This document shows positions 26,631 to 39,790 of a stretch of 64,000 bases of DNA, in pieces. The translations under genes and the position numbers were made by a program. Position 1 is the stretch's first letter. Every line of letters begins with the position of its first letter. Source of the DNA: Dicyema japonicum (taxonomy: Eukaryota; Animalia; Dicyemida); assembly GCA_011109175.1 (NCBI GenBank), contig RDEW01000027.1, positions 268,515-332,514 of the forward strand, in the 5' to 3' direction. Below the pieces are notes generated by a model that saw nothing but the letters and a program-made list of their open reading frames with translations, made no database searches and was not told the DNA's origin.

Positions 26631-29492
26631 CATTATTATTATTATTATCAGCACTGCCGAGAACACATAAAAAAACAAAAGTCAATTAAGGTTCCCTTGT
26701 GCCGCGCCGGCCACCCTTTGCACCAATCGCATCCAAAGGCCTCTCCGTTTCGCAAGATCTCTTAGTTCATCGAGGTCATCCATTGTTTTCAACTCCCTGC
26801 CTATGGCTTTTAGGTCCTCATTTAGCGTGATAGGTAAGGTTGCTCTAGGCCTTTCTCAGAATGATTTTGTTTTTTCCATGAAATATTCATCTATTACGTG
26901 ATTTGCCGGGACATCCAGGTCCATCCTCAGAATGTGACCGAACAGTCTCCATCTCGATCTTCTGATTTCCATGGATAATGGTTCTGTTTTGCTCAACTTA
27001 TATAATTGTTCGTTTTTGATCTTCATTTTGTAGTGAATATTAAGTGCCTTCCAAAGCATACTGCGGTCGAAACTGTCAATAGACTCCATTGCCTGTTTAG
27101 ACAAACCCCATGTTCCACAGTTATATATTAGGATGGGCACAACAAAGTATTTGTATATCATAAGCTTTATTTTTCCACAAAGTCTTCTTTCCGAACTCCA
27201 TATTTTAGGTAGGCTTCTGAAAGCACCAGATGCAAGGATTTTCCGTCGAGCTACATCTTCCCAAGAGCGATCCGACCTTCTTATGTCTTCTCCACGTCTC
27301 TTCGGATATCCTCTCTGCACGGCTGAATGATGTAAATTCCGTTTTGTCTGTGTTTATCTTCAAGAACCATTTTTGGAAAATGTTAGGAAGATGTTCGTTT
27401 ATGTGCTTGAGAAATTCAGAATCATCCGATACAAAGTCCAGATCGTCTGCGTACATCAACTCATAATATTGTCCTTTAATGGATAATCTGAAATCCCTCA
27501 GTGCAGCCTCAAGATAAATAATAAATAGAATAGGAGACAACGAATCCCCTTGTGGAACTCCCCGAGTGGTTTTAAAAAAATTGGAAGCGGTATTTCCGAT
27601 TTTGACAGTTAGGTGAGTATCTTCTAGGAGCAAGGAAATAATTCTAACATCATCCGTGTCTAGAAATGTATTCAGAATGTTAATAAGTAGTCCCCTGTGT
27701 ACAGAGTCGAATGCACGACTCATGTCGATCCCCAGAACTTCTATGCATTTTTTGTATTTCTGACATATAGCGCCAGACCATCTGTGCGTCCATACTATGT
27801 CGGCGGTTGATCTTTTTTCCCTGAAACCGCTTTGTCCAGGCGATAAGAATTTGTCGACTTTCCCTTTGATTCGATTTAATACAATGATAGAGAGGGTTTT
27901 CCGTAAGACCGATAATAGAATTATTGGTCTTAGACTGTTTGCGGGACCTCTAGGTTTCCCAGGTTTTGGTATTGGAATTAGCCATCCTCTCCCAATTCCA
28001 AGATCGTTTTTGTCTTCAAATGCTTTATTGAGTATGATGGTGATTATTTCACCCAATTCAGTGGGTCCACATTTTATTAACTCTGCAGGTATATTATCAG
28101 GACCAGCCGCTTTCCTGTAGTTTAGTTTTCCTATTGCCTTGATAGTTTCCGCGATAATAATGGGCAGTTAAGAGGAGCCGTTGATGTTATTGGAGATTTG
28201 TTTTCAATTTCTTGATTGTTAAAGATGTCATAGTAGTGTGAAGAGACTATGTTCGCCTTTTCAATAACATTCAATACTGATCGTCCATGTTGGTCGTGAA
28301 TAACAATATTCCCTGGTCGTTTCTTTTTGCTAATAATCCGAATGGCTTTGAACATTTTGGATCCGTTCTTATATTTCTTGATTTCATCGACCTGTTCCTC
28401 CACTTCCTTTTTTACTTGATATTTTTGAAGTTTTTTGATTTTTGTTAAAATTGAGTTACGAACTATCCTTAGCTCTTTTTTTAGACTCGGTATATTTGAA
28501 TTATTAATTCTAATCCTCAAATTCTTTTGTTCTGAAGATAAGTATGATATTTCTTCGTTGTTATATTTGAATTTGTTTTTGTGAGTAGTCCCCAAAACCA
28601 ACGACGCGGTATTCTTCATTGCAACTCCAACGTCATTCCACAAATCCTGTGCACTATTGTTTGTATTCATCTTGCTTAATTCCTTTCTGAGTTTTTCGCC
28701 ATACTCTTTCATCTTTATTTCATTGCTTATTAGAGTTTCTGTATCCAATCTTTCGAATTCCGTTTTTCCATATCTTCTAGGTTTGTACAAACTTCCCAAA
28801 GAGAACCGAGTGATCACCAATTTGTGATCACTTGATGTTTCAAGCCCATCGTATGATCTCGAGTTTCGTATTAGGTTTTTGTTCCTTCTTCTGCACAAGA
28901 TATAATCAATTTGATTATATATTTTAATCAAGTTGCCATTTTTGTCCTTTCGTGATCCAGTACAGGTAGTTTTATGTCTTGCTGGGTGTTCAAAAGCAGT
29001 GTTCGTAATAAATAAGTTGTAGGATTCGCAGAATTGCACCAATGAGACACCAGAGGAATTTCGACGATTCCGAGCATGTGATCCAATACAAGTCTCCTCA
29101 TTCCGTACTTTACCAACTCTGGCATTCCAGTCACGTCAGATATGACGACGAAAGTGAGTCATATGTCCCTGTCAAACATGAGTAAAACGCACCAAGTTCT
29201 TCAGGATTGGCATCAGCCCGGACAGCGGTCGAAGCATAAACATTGATGATAGAAATAACAGAGTTGGGCTTTGTTCCAAACTTCAGTTGCATGGATAGAT
29301 AAATCACGTGCGAGTTGATGTTTTTTGGTGATGAACTTTAAGCCTCGAGTGTTGAAAGTACCAAGAGAGAATGGCAACGGGTAATTAAGCGCGAAGAAGA
29401 CATATTTTCAAAGAGGGACGTCACCACCTCAACCAAAGAAATTAAGCGCGAAGAAGACATATTTTCAAAGAGGGACGTCACCACCTCAACCA
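26631..29492 (-). mobile_element. Near full-length RTE-clade LINE (APE endonuclease + RT), 9-bp TSD
   Basis: EN (GTFNTRGL, INVYA, DWNARVG, QIDYI, SDH), RT (LRPIILL, QSGFR, DMSRAFDSV, GVPQGDSLSP, YADD), (TAA)n tail, TSD ggtcaggta at 26622-26630 and 29493-29501. Confidence 0.92.
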
Positions 29493-29659
29493 GGTCAGGT
29501 ATATATTGAATAAAAATATAATGAAAATCTTTGGGAACACCATTAGGAAGAAGCCCGGAAACAAACCTTGACTGGATGTTAGCCATGCAGAGTTTGCACT
29601 TTGCAGGGATTCTTATTTTTTGGTAATTAATTATTTCATTAAAATTAAACACTTAAAAG

Positions 29660-29800
29660 AACATCTAATTTAGGGAGCTTGAATGTCCATGCTGTTTCTT
29701 CTGACAATAGCTATCGAGATACGCTCTCGAAGCCATCCAGTCTCACGTGGATCCTTGGTGACCCTTTAGATAATTGAGCCGATCCGACGGATTGCATGGT
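29660..29800 (-). mobile_element. CRE-like 3' end fragment
   Basis: KDPRETGWLRERISIAIVRRNS. Confidence 0.8.
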
Positions 29801-30151
29801 CCACTTGAGGGGCATGGATTCCTGATATCTCAACAGCAAATGGGACAAACAAGTGATCCTCCGAAATGCTTCGGTACTTCTTCTCTTCTGATCCTCGGAT
29901 TGTTTAGAAGCATGATCTGGGTCCGAGACTTAAGTGGCCAGATTTTTCTGAGAGTATGTATCAATACACGTAGCATCCAAAACCAGGTTCCGACTATTAG
30001 CAAAAGTACCAGTCTCTTTAAGATTTTGGACATCAAGCACATTCATATTTAATGACCTCGAGCAAATAATATATTATTGATTAAATAAATATTAAAGTTA
30101 TAATTATTTAAATATTTATTTAAAAAATCACGTTGATTAGTTTTTGTGGTG

Positions 30152-30489
30152 ATGCCTGGACCTAATAGTCATGTCCTTTTTCCGATCAAAAATTACAAAA
30201 CATCAAAGTTAAAGAGAGAGCCTAGACCTTCCAGAAAGAAGGGGGTATTTTTGTATTTTTACCTGATTTAGAGAATCACCAAAATATCTGAGTTCAGGCG
30301 TAGTCTCGTTAGAGAAATGGTTGGCCTTGCTCCCTACGAGAAGCGAGTCTTTGAATTTATGAACCAGAATAGGACAAAAAAGGCTCAAAAATTTCTAAAG
30401 AAACGAGTAAAATCTTTATTTCATTAAAGCTTGGTGGATTGAAGAGATCCAGGATTAAAATGGACAAATTAAAGATTTTGATGAATTAA
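30152..30489 (+). CDS. RPL36: 60S ribosomal protein L36 (eL36), 3 exons
   Basis: RPSRKKG|RITK..LVREMVGLAPYEKRVFE..KKAQKFLKKR|LGG; two micro-introns. Confidence 0.92.
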
Positions 30490-30739
30490 GCAGTCTGACT
30501 GCTCTTACTTTTGTTATTTCTAATCAATTTTTGGTGTCTTTAAATGTTGCTATCAATATTAAATTTTGAACATCTCTGATAGTAAGTCTTGGATTTGTAA
30601 GAATGATAACTAGAGCGATTTTTGTCAATAAAGTCCAAAATTCACATGTTTTTTTAAATTTTTTAAAACTTATAAAAATGTTGTTTTCAATTTAAATAAA
30701 CAAAGCAATGGCCTCTAAGATCTCTCTTAATGCGTAAAT

Positions 30740-30945
30740 TATCTACGTAAATTCTAATGACTCGACGAGTGACTCCGTCATCAGTGAACATCTCACTGCG
30801 TAACCGTATCGTCTACAAAAAAAAACTTACATCCAACAAAAAGAAAAAAGAAGTGAAGAGCATTCCTTGGTTCTCCCTCATCGATTAGCTATGATTGCTA
30901 CTCTCTACTTAAATAAAGTGTGTGTCCTGCCTTGGAGGAGCAATA
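30740..30945 (+). mobile_element. SINE copy E
   Basis: gacgagtgactccgtcatcagtgaacatctcactgcg and aaataaagtgtgtgtcctgcc. Confidence 0.8.
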
Positions 30946-31569
30946 GTCCAGTATTATAAATTCTAATAGTTTTCAATCGATATACCAGCAAAATACGAAC
31001 CCATATGTTTGCTTTACAAGATAGTCCATTCTGATTCTAGTAAAAACATCCCCCAATCCACAATTGTGTTAGCACCTATCCACATCATTTAAAGGGGTAT
31101 TTAATAAAATCTACCTGTTTTAGCGAACATAGTGATTTACATCAAGTTTAAAGCATTTCCATAGCTCTTTAGAGATTATAAACATTTCCATCTTAGTCCT
31201 TTCGGATAGATTCGAGATGATGAATTAATATTTACTTCCTTCAGTTAAGTGATTGCGACTTCTCCCAGATTTTATTTACACGGTCCACAGTGAAAGTATT
31301 AGCCATGTGTTGAACAAGTTGAATGCATTGATTTAATTTTATTAACCCCGGAATCACAAGAGGACGCACTTCCCAGTATCTTCCTCCTATCGTTACACGG
31401 GGAAATGCGAACAGATTAATAAATATCTTGACGTTGACTCCTTGAGACTTTAAAAAAATATCCAAAATATATAAACCAAAAAAGATATGTAGAAACCGAT
31501 TCCAAGAATACAAAAATTTTAAAGACTTTGTCTCTATTATGGATTGTTCTAGCATGACCGTAAGGCATA

Positions 31570-32420
31570 CGTTGAAAACACTAAAGATTGCAAACCAAAA
31601 ATGCATCAATGTTTTCGAAATTATGCTCGAATGGGAAATCTTACGTCACCCTACTGAACTTTCCTTGGAGACAGTATTTGACGAAGCTTGCAGTGGAGGG
31701 AAGCAGGATTTCCAATCCCAGATAATGTCTCGAATCAGAACAAATGGGACGCAATTGATAGCCTAAAGCAAGAGTCGAACCAACACCGACTTGCCTGATT
31801 GCTATCTGCTGCACAACATGGGAGTGGTGCATTGCTCCACGTATTTCCATGCGCTTCTTTTGGAAATCTTATGGAGGACGACTGTGTGAGAATCAGAATA
31901 GCAAAACGATTCGGGCTTGACGTCTGCCAGAAACACAGATGCCGTTGTGGAGGAACAGTGGACACCAAAGGATCACATCCATTGTCTTACAAAAGGAGTG
32001 CAGGTCGCTCACCTCTCACACCGGATTGAATAATGTTATTCTGCAAATCCTCGAGGCAGCAGGCTTCCCAGGTCAGCTTGAGCCTGTCTGACTGGATCGT
32101 GGAGATGGCAAGAGGCCAGAAGGAATGACTCTTTTCCCATATTCACACGGAAAATCATTGTCTGGGATGTAACCTGTGTAGATACCTTCTCCACTTCGCT
32201 CCTTCTGAGATCTGCTCAGAAACGCAGCAGAATTGGCCAAAATCCAGAAATGCTCGGCCATTGGAGACCGATTCCGATTCACGCCAGTGGCTATAGAAAC
32301 GTCGAGAGCCGTAAAATCTCTCACTGCGGCCTTTCTGAAAAAAATAGGAGGGAAACTAGCGAGTCGAAATAAAGAACCCCTCGAATCGTTCTGGCTAAGA
32401 CAATGAATCAGAATTAATAA
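31570..32420 (+). mobile_element. CRE-like retroelement 3' portion
   Basis: RFGLDVCQKHRCRCGGTVD (Zn finger), DRGDGKRPEG, WDVTCVD, FTPVAIET. Confidence 0.88.
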
Positions 32421-32439
32421 TAATAACACAAGAGACCAC

Positions 32440-33270
32440 GGTTACACAAACTAACTAATCACGTGATCTCAGCACGCTCTAGCAGGAACCTCATCTTGGC
32501 CCGATGCTCTTTTCTCGACCCCACACAAGCACGTATCCGTCGAGTGACTGGATCTTCGCAGTCACGACGGCGCGTTCCATGGTTCATTCGTATCAAGGCT
32601 TTAAGAGGCATTGGTGGCTGGAACTCTCCAGAAATCCAGCGTTCCGTGGTTTAGGAGGCTTTTTTCCGGCTAGCCTCGATCTTCAAGACATTTGTCCAAG
32701 AGATGAATGAGCCCCATATACCACTTGCGTAAGAGATGCATGGTTCAGTGAATTGTTTATAAACACATTGCTCAAAACATGATTTCCGTTCTTCCAGAAA
32801 CCTGTGAGGCATTTTAAAAAATTAGTTTTCTTTGCGCATTTTTTTCAAAAAAAACTTTTATTTTATTTGGTAAAGAAAGTAAATGGTCATATAGCGGCTG
32901 CCCTGACTGCGTGGCTATTTCCTCTCAGGATGGCGAGCGAGATTCGCTTAAATAACCAGCAGCGCTCACGAGGTTCTCATGATCGTGTAGCGATCCGATT
33001 ACCTAGACGACTCAAGAATTCCAGCGTCGCAAACGTAAGGGAACTGGCGTCTCAAAGGCGAGTGGGACAAACAAAAAATCCTTGGGTGGACCGCGTACTT
33101 TTCCCGTTTCAACTTCTCGGCCTTTTCAGCGGCAGAACAGGCTCCAGAGGCACTCTGGAGTAGGTTGCAAGAGGCAACGTGTCGGTGCAGGTGACGTCTC
33201 AGACAAGAGGTGTTCGCATTTTGTAATGACGCTCTCAACATGGGGCGAGAATGACATGTGCATGTCAAAA
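32440..33270 (-). mobile_element. Two further CRE-like fragments in opposite orientation
   Basis: RHASLN..KKPPK, AAEKAEKLKREKY, ISLAILRGNSHAV. Confidence 0.7.
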
Positions 33271-33329
33271 TTCACCTCAAGGATCCTTTGAGAATTTTTG
33301 AAAAAAATAGCTTCATTGTTTGCCTACAG

Positions 33330-34400
33330 TTCGACCGTCCCTCTTCCCAGTCTCTTGTCTGAAGTAAATAGAGTTGTGACGGACTTCTCACTGCTGGCAG
33401 TTAGGCGATTCTTCGATAGTCATTCGTCATGACGGTCCAGATTTTCTTGCAATCTCGAAGTGGCAATTTGGATGTCCTGATCGCGTGACGCAATGACGAT
33501 GTCGTCGGCATAAGTTAGAATAATATCATTTTCGGCGTCTGGAATGAGGAGGTCCGCCATGAATAGGTAATAAAACTGGAGACAACAAGATCTTTGGGGA
33601 ATACCATTAGGAAGAAGCTTGACTGGCCAATGCAGACGCATCCACTCCGACTACTAAGGAAGTTAGCTAGCCAGAGTTTGAGCTTTCCAGGGATCTTTGG
33701 TAAATTTTCCAAGTAAGAATCCTCCTTGAAAGAGTCAAAAGCTTTGTGTACGTCTATGGAGCAAAGTACAGTCTTCATGTGTCCCGGCCTGTGTGAAAAG
33801 CCATAAAGTTAGTCAATCCAGATAAGTGGGTCGAAGTAGACCTCTCTTTTTTAAAACCATGTTGAAATGACAAATCCGGGAGGAAATTTTTGATTTTCGC
33901 AAGAACCAGCCTTTCCAGAATTTTCGACACCGAACACAATAACGTGACCGGTCTGTACGAAGCCGGGTCTTTTTTCACTTTCACTCTAAGCTTATCCTCA
34001 GTAGTTAATCGGCCAGACTTTTTGATTTCGTTTCTTTCCTTGATTAATGCCGACCTGCCATATCCCCTGGTGTAGTTAAGGTGGTGATTAGGTACAGATA
34101 GTGATCTCGCATCCAAGATAGTGCGGTTTACATAAGCGACTACTTTTTCCATGGAGGTAATGCCATCCAGGTACTGCAGTAGGTTGTCAGTAAGTGTACC
34201 GGTACAGTCTCCAGTCTGCGCGTTTGTAGTTGAATTGTTCTAGGGACCTCCTCCTAGTTAACGTTTCTCTCTTGATCTTCAAAAGGATGGCATTGTGATC
34301 ACTTCTTGAGTTGTAAGTGACTGACCAGATCGATATTGCCGCCAGGGCGGGAGAACAAAGACGTGATGTCTGGAGAAGTTAGTTGGTCTGACTCCCTGAA
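33330..34400 (-). mobile_element. Decayed Jockey-like LINE RT
   Basis: SYRPVTLLCSVSKILERL, QHGFK, DVHKAFD, GIPQ, YADDIVI. Confidence 0.85.
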
Positions 34401-34560
34401 GGGGGTTCTCGCATGGAATTGCCGTGTTAAGTGGAAACGCATACGCAATCCTATCTGCAAAGGATTAATTATTTAAATTTCGTTTTCTGTTAATAAAAAA
34501 TGTAAATAAAGTAAATTAAAATAATTTTAAACAGGACATACTATCTTAAGATTAAATAAG

Positions 34561-35715
34561 TTAGGAAGCTCTCACCCCATGGCTATTCCCTCTCACAATA
34601 TCGAGCGAAACTCGCTCGTATAGCCAGCGGCGTTCACGAAGATCGTCCAAACTCGCGGAAATCTGACCACCAAATCTATTCAGAAATTCTACTCCCGAGG
34701 GTCTTATGACACTGAAAGTCTCAACAGTGAGTGGAATAAATTGCATTCCATTTGGTAAGTCAGCATATTTTTTTTTAAACTTTGGCTTTTATACGGCCGA
34801 GCATGGTTTATAGGAACTCTGAAGTAGGTTGTTAGGAGCGAATGTGTCGGTGCAGCTGACGTCCCAGACAAGATGTTGTATTCAAAGCTGGTCTAACGAC
34901 TTCGTTCAAAGTCATGTGTCTAAGAGATTTTCCAGTACTCTTCATGCAAGAGAGTGGGTGCAAAAGCAATCAATCTGGTCCCCACATCTGCATGGATGCG
35001 GCACACAGACTTTCAATCCGAGTTGTAATGAGATCCTTATACGAACGCATTTATCTAGAAAAATACCAAAACTCCACTTGGAATGGCGTTGAGCCATGCT
35101 CCATTTTGGGAAGACACCTCCGACAACAAGCAAGTACAGCGGTGTTGGTTAGATGACATCAGTAGATCTTCCAATGACTTTAAACATACGTCATCGTCCA
35201 GACCCCACTGAGAGTTCAATGAAGGCGGGAAAAACAGATAAGTACGGCTCCAGCCATCACATGCATGATCGACGTCCTGGTCAGTAGAGAATTCGGGGAA
35301 GGAGTGCAGAATCTTTTTGACAAGAGTATCACATATCATTAGTGACTAGAGATATGCAATATTTATAGGCTGCGAATTTCAAGTCCGCCGAATCTGACAA
35401 GTATTGTGGCTTGCTACCATGATCACCTCAAACCAATATTGAAGATACGCTCCGTTGTTGAACGGAAGATCCCGTCAATGTGTGTGAGTTGATCATATTG
35501 GATGAAATAAGAGTCAGTCCTCAGGAAATATGCAAGCCTCTGTATGTTAAGGCTGTTTTTTAGGAGGAATAATGACGGATATAGATCAGTAAGCATAAGC
35601 AATCCAAAGCTCCTTCAAGTAGTTGCCATTGCACATACATTGATTGGGGATCCTAGGAATATAAAGTCTTCGTCAGGGGTAAAAAAACTCACTGGCAGTA
35701 AAGATGACAACTTCC
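34561..35715 (-). mobile_element. CRE-like retroelement (RT C-terminus to RLE)
   Basis: GAWLNAIP, LQLGLKVCVPHPCRCG, VWDVSC, FIPLTVET, YERVSLDIVRGNSH. Confidence 0.88.
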
Positions 35716-36296
35716 TATAACTAATCACTAGAAAGTCCGCATTTGGATATTTTATCATCTATCATAATTAATTCAAAGCAGCTTCTAGCAGGGTTGAAAT
35801 CAACATATTCAAATCGTGGAAGGCAGTATCTGGGGTCATCTGAGAACTGCCATAAGTTGAAAGGAAAGCGGGAAAGTTTGGTGATTCTTTCGATCGCAGG
35901 GAAAGAATAACAGGAGTCCAAGGAATCTATATGTTGCGCTTCAAAAGACAAAAGGATTAGGTAGTCTCTGAAAAGTAAAGATGATGGCAGATTATAAAAC
36001 TGGATCATCATTTCGAAGATTTTAGGGAGGCAATCTGTATACTCTGGGAGTTTATCTTCTTCAATTAGTTCAGTAGGAAGGTCACCAAGATTTTTTTCGT
36101 AATTGAGAAAACAGGCATGCAATACTCGTATCCCACAAGTCCACCGCTCCGTGACTCTGAAAGCCTTCTTTTTAACGTCCTCGATTTTTTAGTATTCGTC
36201 CATGATAATGAAGATCCCCAAGAAGCACACGCGTACGAGAAGCATGGTTCGATGTATTGCTTGTAAATGTTCATCAAGACCGGGTGGGTACCTGTC

Positions 36297-37080
36297 TTAT
36301 TATTATTACCCCCAGGATCACTGGGTCAAAGAGAAATAAATAAAAGTTCTCATCTAACTAAGTGATCCCAGACCGACAAAGGTGAAGACGAGTCCGGCGG
36401 GGTCGAGAATCCTGAACAACTCTTCTCATTGGACATGGCATCGGCTCAAAATTTCTGTATTATTGTAGATAATTCAATTGTATTTGGAATAGAGGGCAGA
36501 TCGGTAGAACTTGATCCTCTTCTCGTACTTCAGAACAATGTTTGCCACGTGTGGTGACAAACATAAGTGAGCATCCAGTGTCACACTCAGGATTTTCTGA
36601 CATTTACTGAAGGGGGATTCCAACGTTGTCCAATTTTAACTTGACAGTCATCTTCTCCAACCTTTTGTCAGAATTAAACATAGTCGTGACCGTTCTATTA
36701 CCCAGGCGTTGAGTCGGTCCAGGTTAATTTGTAATCTTTTTGTAGCATTTTGGATATCCCGATCACGCGAGGCGAAAACAATGTCATCCGCATATGAGAG
36801 TACAACATTGTTATTGAATTCCGATGTCGAAATGTCAGCCAGGTATAAATTGAATAAGTCGGGGGATAAAGGAGATCCTTGGGGGACCCCGTTTGGGAGA
36901 AGACGCGAGACTGACTTAAGTCCTCCGAGGCATACACCTCCCTCCTTCCACTTAAGAAATTTGTTATCGAGAGTGTAAGCTTCCCAAAGATCTCCGACTG
37001 GAAAATTTTCTTTGATAATATTTTTCTCGAAATAGAATCAAAAGCCTTGTTATGACAAAAAATCACAAATACCAACCTAA
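36297..37080 (-). mobile_element. Jockey-like LINE RT fragment with conserved 3' UTR and (TAA)n tail
   Basis: KAFDSI, GVPQGSPLSPDLFNLYLAD, YADD; 3' UTR nearly identical to 62550-62640. Confidence 0.85.
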
Positions 37081-37856
37081 CAATTAAAAAAAACGGAAAT
37101 ATTTATTAACTTTTTTTAATTCAACGCGTTCATTTTTAAAACAATCAAAATCCTTAACTAAGCGACGAGGATCGAGTGATCGTTTGCTTTGATCACTGCC
37201 ACTTCGAGTCTCTATTTAAACCAAACTCCTTCTCTGGGTTCTCTCCTCTTTGAAGCGATCTTTCGTGATCTTAGAAAAAGACATGTTAAACAATAGAAAC
37301 AATTCAACCACCAGCTGCCAAGAGACACTTAGCATCTACCAATTTGGTGGTGATTATCCTCTTCTCTGTTCAATCCACCTGTATCAGGTTACTCTCAGTA
37401 CCGGGATGGTATGAAAAGGGATCACTTACTATCCTCCACTCCATTAAGAGACTTTCACAACTGCAAGGACTATAGCTTTCTTTCATTTCCGTTGATTCTG
37501 GATAGACTTATGTGTGATATTAGAAGTCCCTCACTTCTGTATTGTGGGGGATATATATCTAATTAGTTGCTAACTATGAACTTTTCTGCATTCTGATAAC
37601 GAGATATTAGATAAATTGACAGAGTATAGGAGATAGATTCGGATGAGGAGAGGCTGAGTAAGAATAACCAAAGAGAGCAATTAAGATGAAGAGTCACAGT
37701 ACTACATACCAAAGGTAAATAAATTATCAAAAAGGCATAAATATCATAAATAAAACTCAGAACATCAATAACACGTGGTTAATATAGCCTAAAAACAACA
37801 AACTTCAAAAAACACAGAAATCAGTTAAAACAAATAATCAGAATGAAAATTAATGA

Positions 37857-38350
37857 CTACATTTCTAAGCGTTTGAAAAACCAGCGATGTTCGCCTTTTC
37901 GATAACTAAAACTTAAGCACTACGTCTTACTGAGCTTCCAACGACTTCCTCGCCGCCTGTCTCATCTCCTTCCTCCCATCAGCATCCTTGTACCTGTTCA
38001 GGTTAATCTCTTGTGCAGAAAACGAAGGCTTGACACAGTATCTGGGATAATTACAAGAATCTACCTTGTAGCGAGCACGTGGTTGATGTTTGTTAGTTTA
38101 ACAAATGGCTTGATTTGTGTCCTCTTCATGATCTTTTTAGTGGACATTGCAGAGAGGACTCTACGAGGGTTCTTGGCAAGTCCAACCACCAGGCATTGGG
38201 ATACTTACGAGTCTTAGATTCACTGTATGTCTTGACATATTTATGCTAGATTACCTGAATTATTATCCCTTTCTTTCCCGCATATTTCCCAGAAAGCATT
38301 AGGACTACTCTCCCATAAGAGATTACATCTGATCCCGAAGCTTGAGACAT
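37857..38350 (-). CDS. RPL27: 60S ribosomal protein L27 (eL27), 4 exons; one apparent 1-nt deletion
   Basis: GRVVLMLSGKYAGKKGII, KPFVKLTNINHVLATRY, GEHRWFFKRL; frame break at ~38192. Confidence 0.92.
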
Positions 38351-39519
38351 GTAACGACAAACACGTGTTGTATTCAAATATTTTTATGTTAATTTTAATT
38401 TTTATTTAAAATAATAAATAAAATTAAGTTAATTTTTACTAAAATATTTTTTCATATCATTATTAATACATATCTCATTTTTTGACTGGAAAGTATACGA
38501 TTATTTAAAAACGTTAGTTATTATGAGTTTACAATTTTGAGTCATTGAGAGCCCTAGTTAATAATCGAAGTGTGTGGAAGAGGTTGACATTCAAAATTGT
38601 TTCTTTCGCTGCACATGAGGGGATATTAGTATATGACTCTCGTGAAAGTGTTTAATGATAATTTATGATTTTAAGATTGGAATAATTCTTATCTGAGTTC
38701 AATTACCTCCTAAGACTACCTCAAACAAGTTAAAGTTGAAAACGTGAAAGACAACAGAAAGTCACAGGAGAACTTTTAATTCTTTACGACTCCCAACTGT
38801 AGATTAATTTACTGCTGTGAGTTGTCTCCAATTGCCCAAGAATTATGGGGATAAGCTAGCTTTAAAAAAAGCAACGAGTACTTAAATCCGATCAGTTATC
38901 TGAAGAAAACTCTGGTGGGTATTGTGGTTGATTCAAATATGGAGTTCATCTGTGTTTTATAGTCAGTTTGTGGAGTTGCTATGTGGTTATAGTGAAGGCA
39001 TCTCTTTGATGGGAAAAATGGAGGACTAAGATTAGTCTAACCATCCAGGTGCCAAAATACAGTATAAATTTCGCGTACGGTGGACACTATGATTACTCAT
39101 TGGGGTCTTTGAGTCATGCCATGAGTGCATCCCCAATCTTGTTAATAAGTTTCAATTTGGCTCACTTCAAAGAAGTGGAATGCTGATTTTCAAGTTGGTC
39201 GCACCTTTTCATTGAGGTAACAGTTATTCCATACTCGAGGCTGATGAGATAAAATAACAACTCCCTCTATGGACCTCTAAGGACCAGTTAGCAGCGTTCT
39301 CGAAGGTTACCAGAGAGAACTAAGATCAGACTTCTAGGTAAAGGAAAACGAAATTAAAGTTTTGCTGATAAAGTTACTTAAAAGGCAAATAAATCTACTT
39401 GAGACATTGATGAACAGTCGAGGTCATAGTGTCTTCAAGTCAGGGACGATACCACCTCAACCAAAAGGTTGAACCCCCATGTGCATAATAAAAATCAACT
39501 TGTGTAGGTAGTTTCTTTT

Positions 39520-39790
39520 TTTGTACCTCACGGAGACAGCCAATCACCCACTATTGGCCTCAGCGAGAGCCGAAATCCTTAAGAAAAAATATCGGGGGAC
39601 ATTTCTTCTTCAAGCTCATCGCAGCTGAAACGTCGAAATTCTACGACCAAAATCCCTTTCCGTTCTACGTCCCAGGATCGTTAATAACATAAAGGAGGAG
39701 GGACAGCCGATAAGAGAGATGGCTGATTGAATTCCATACAAATTTTAAGAGAAAATGCGATCTCAATCACGAGAGCTGCTTACTAGTTTA
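39520..39790 (+). mobile_element. CRE-like 3' fragment
   Basis: AEILKKKI..IAAET..ILRENAISI. Confidence 0.55.

Noticed and set aside
29338-29652. ORF suggesting an R4-type endonuclease fused to the RTE
   Set aside because: Another frame gives the RTE's own APE N-terminus (GTFNTRGL); the ORF is a chance read across the 5' junction
33113-33127. cttctcggcctttt matches the U2 snRNA 5' end
   Set aside because: It is the reverse complement of CRE codons (EKAEK); no further U2 similarity
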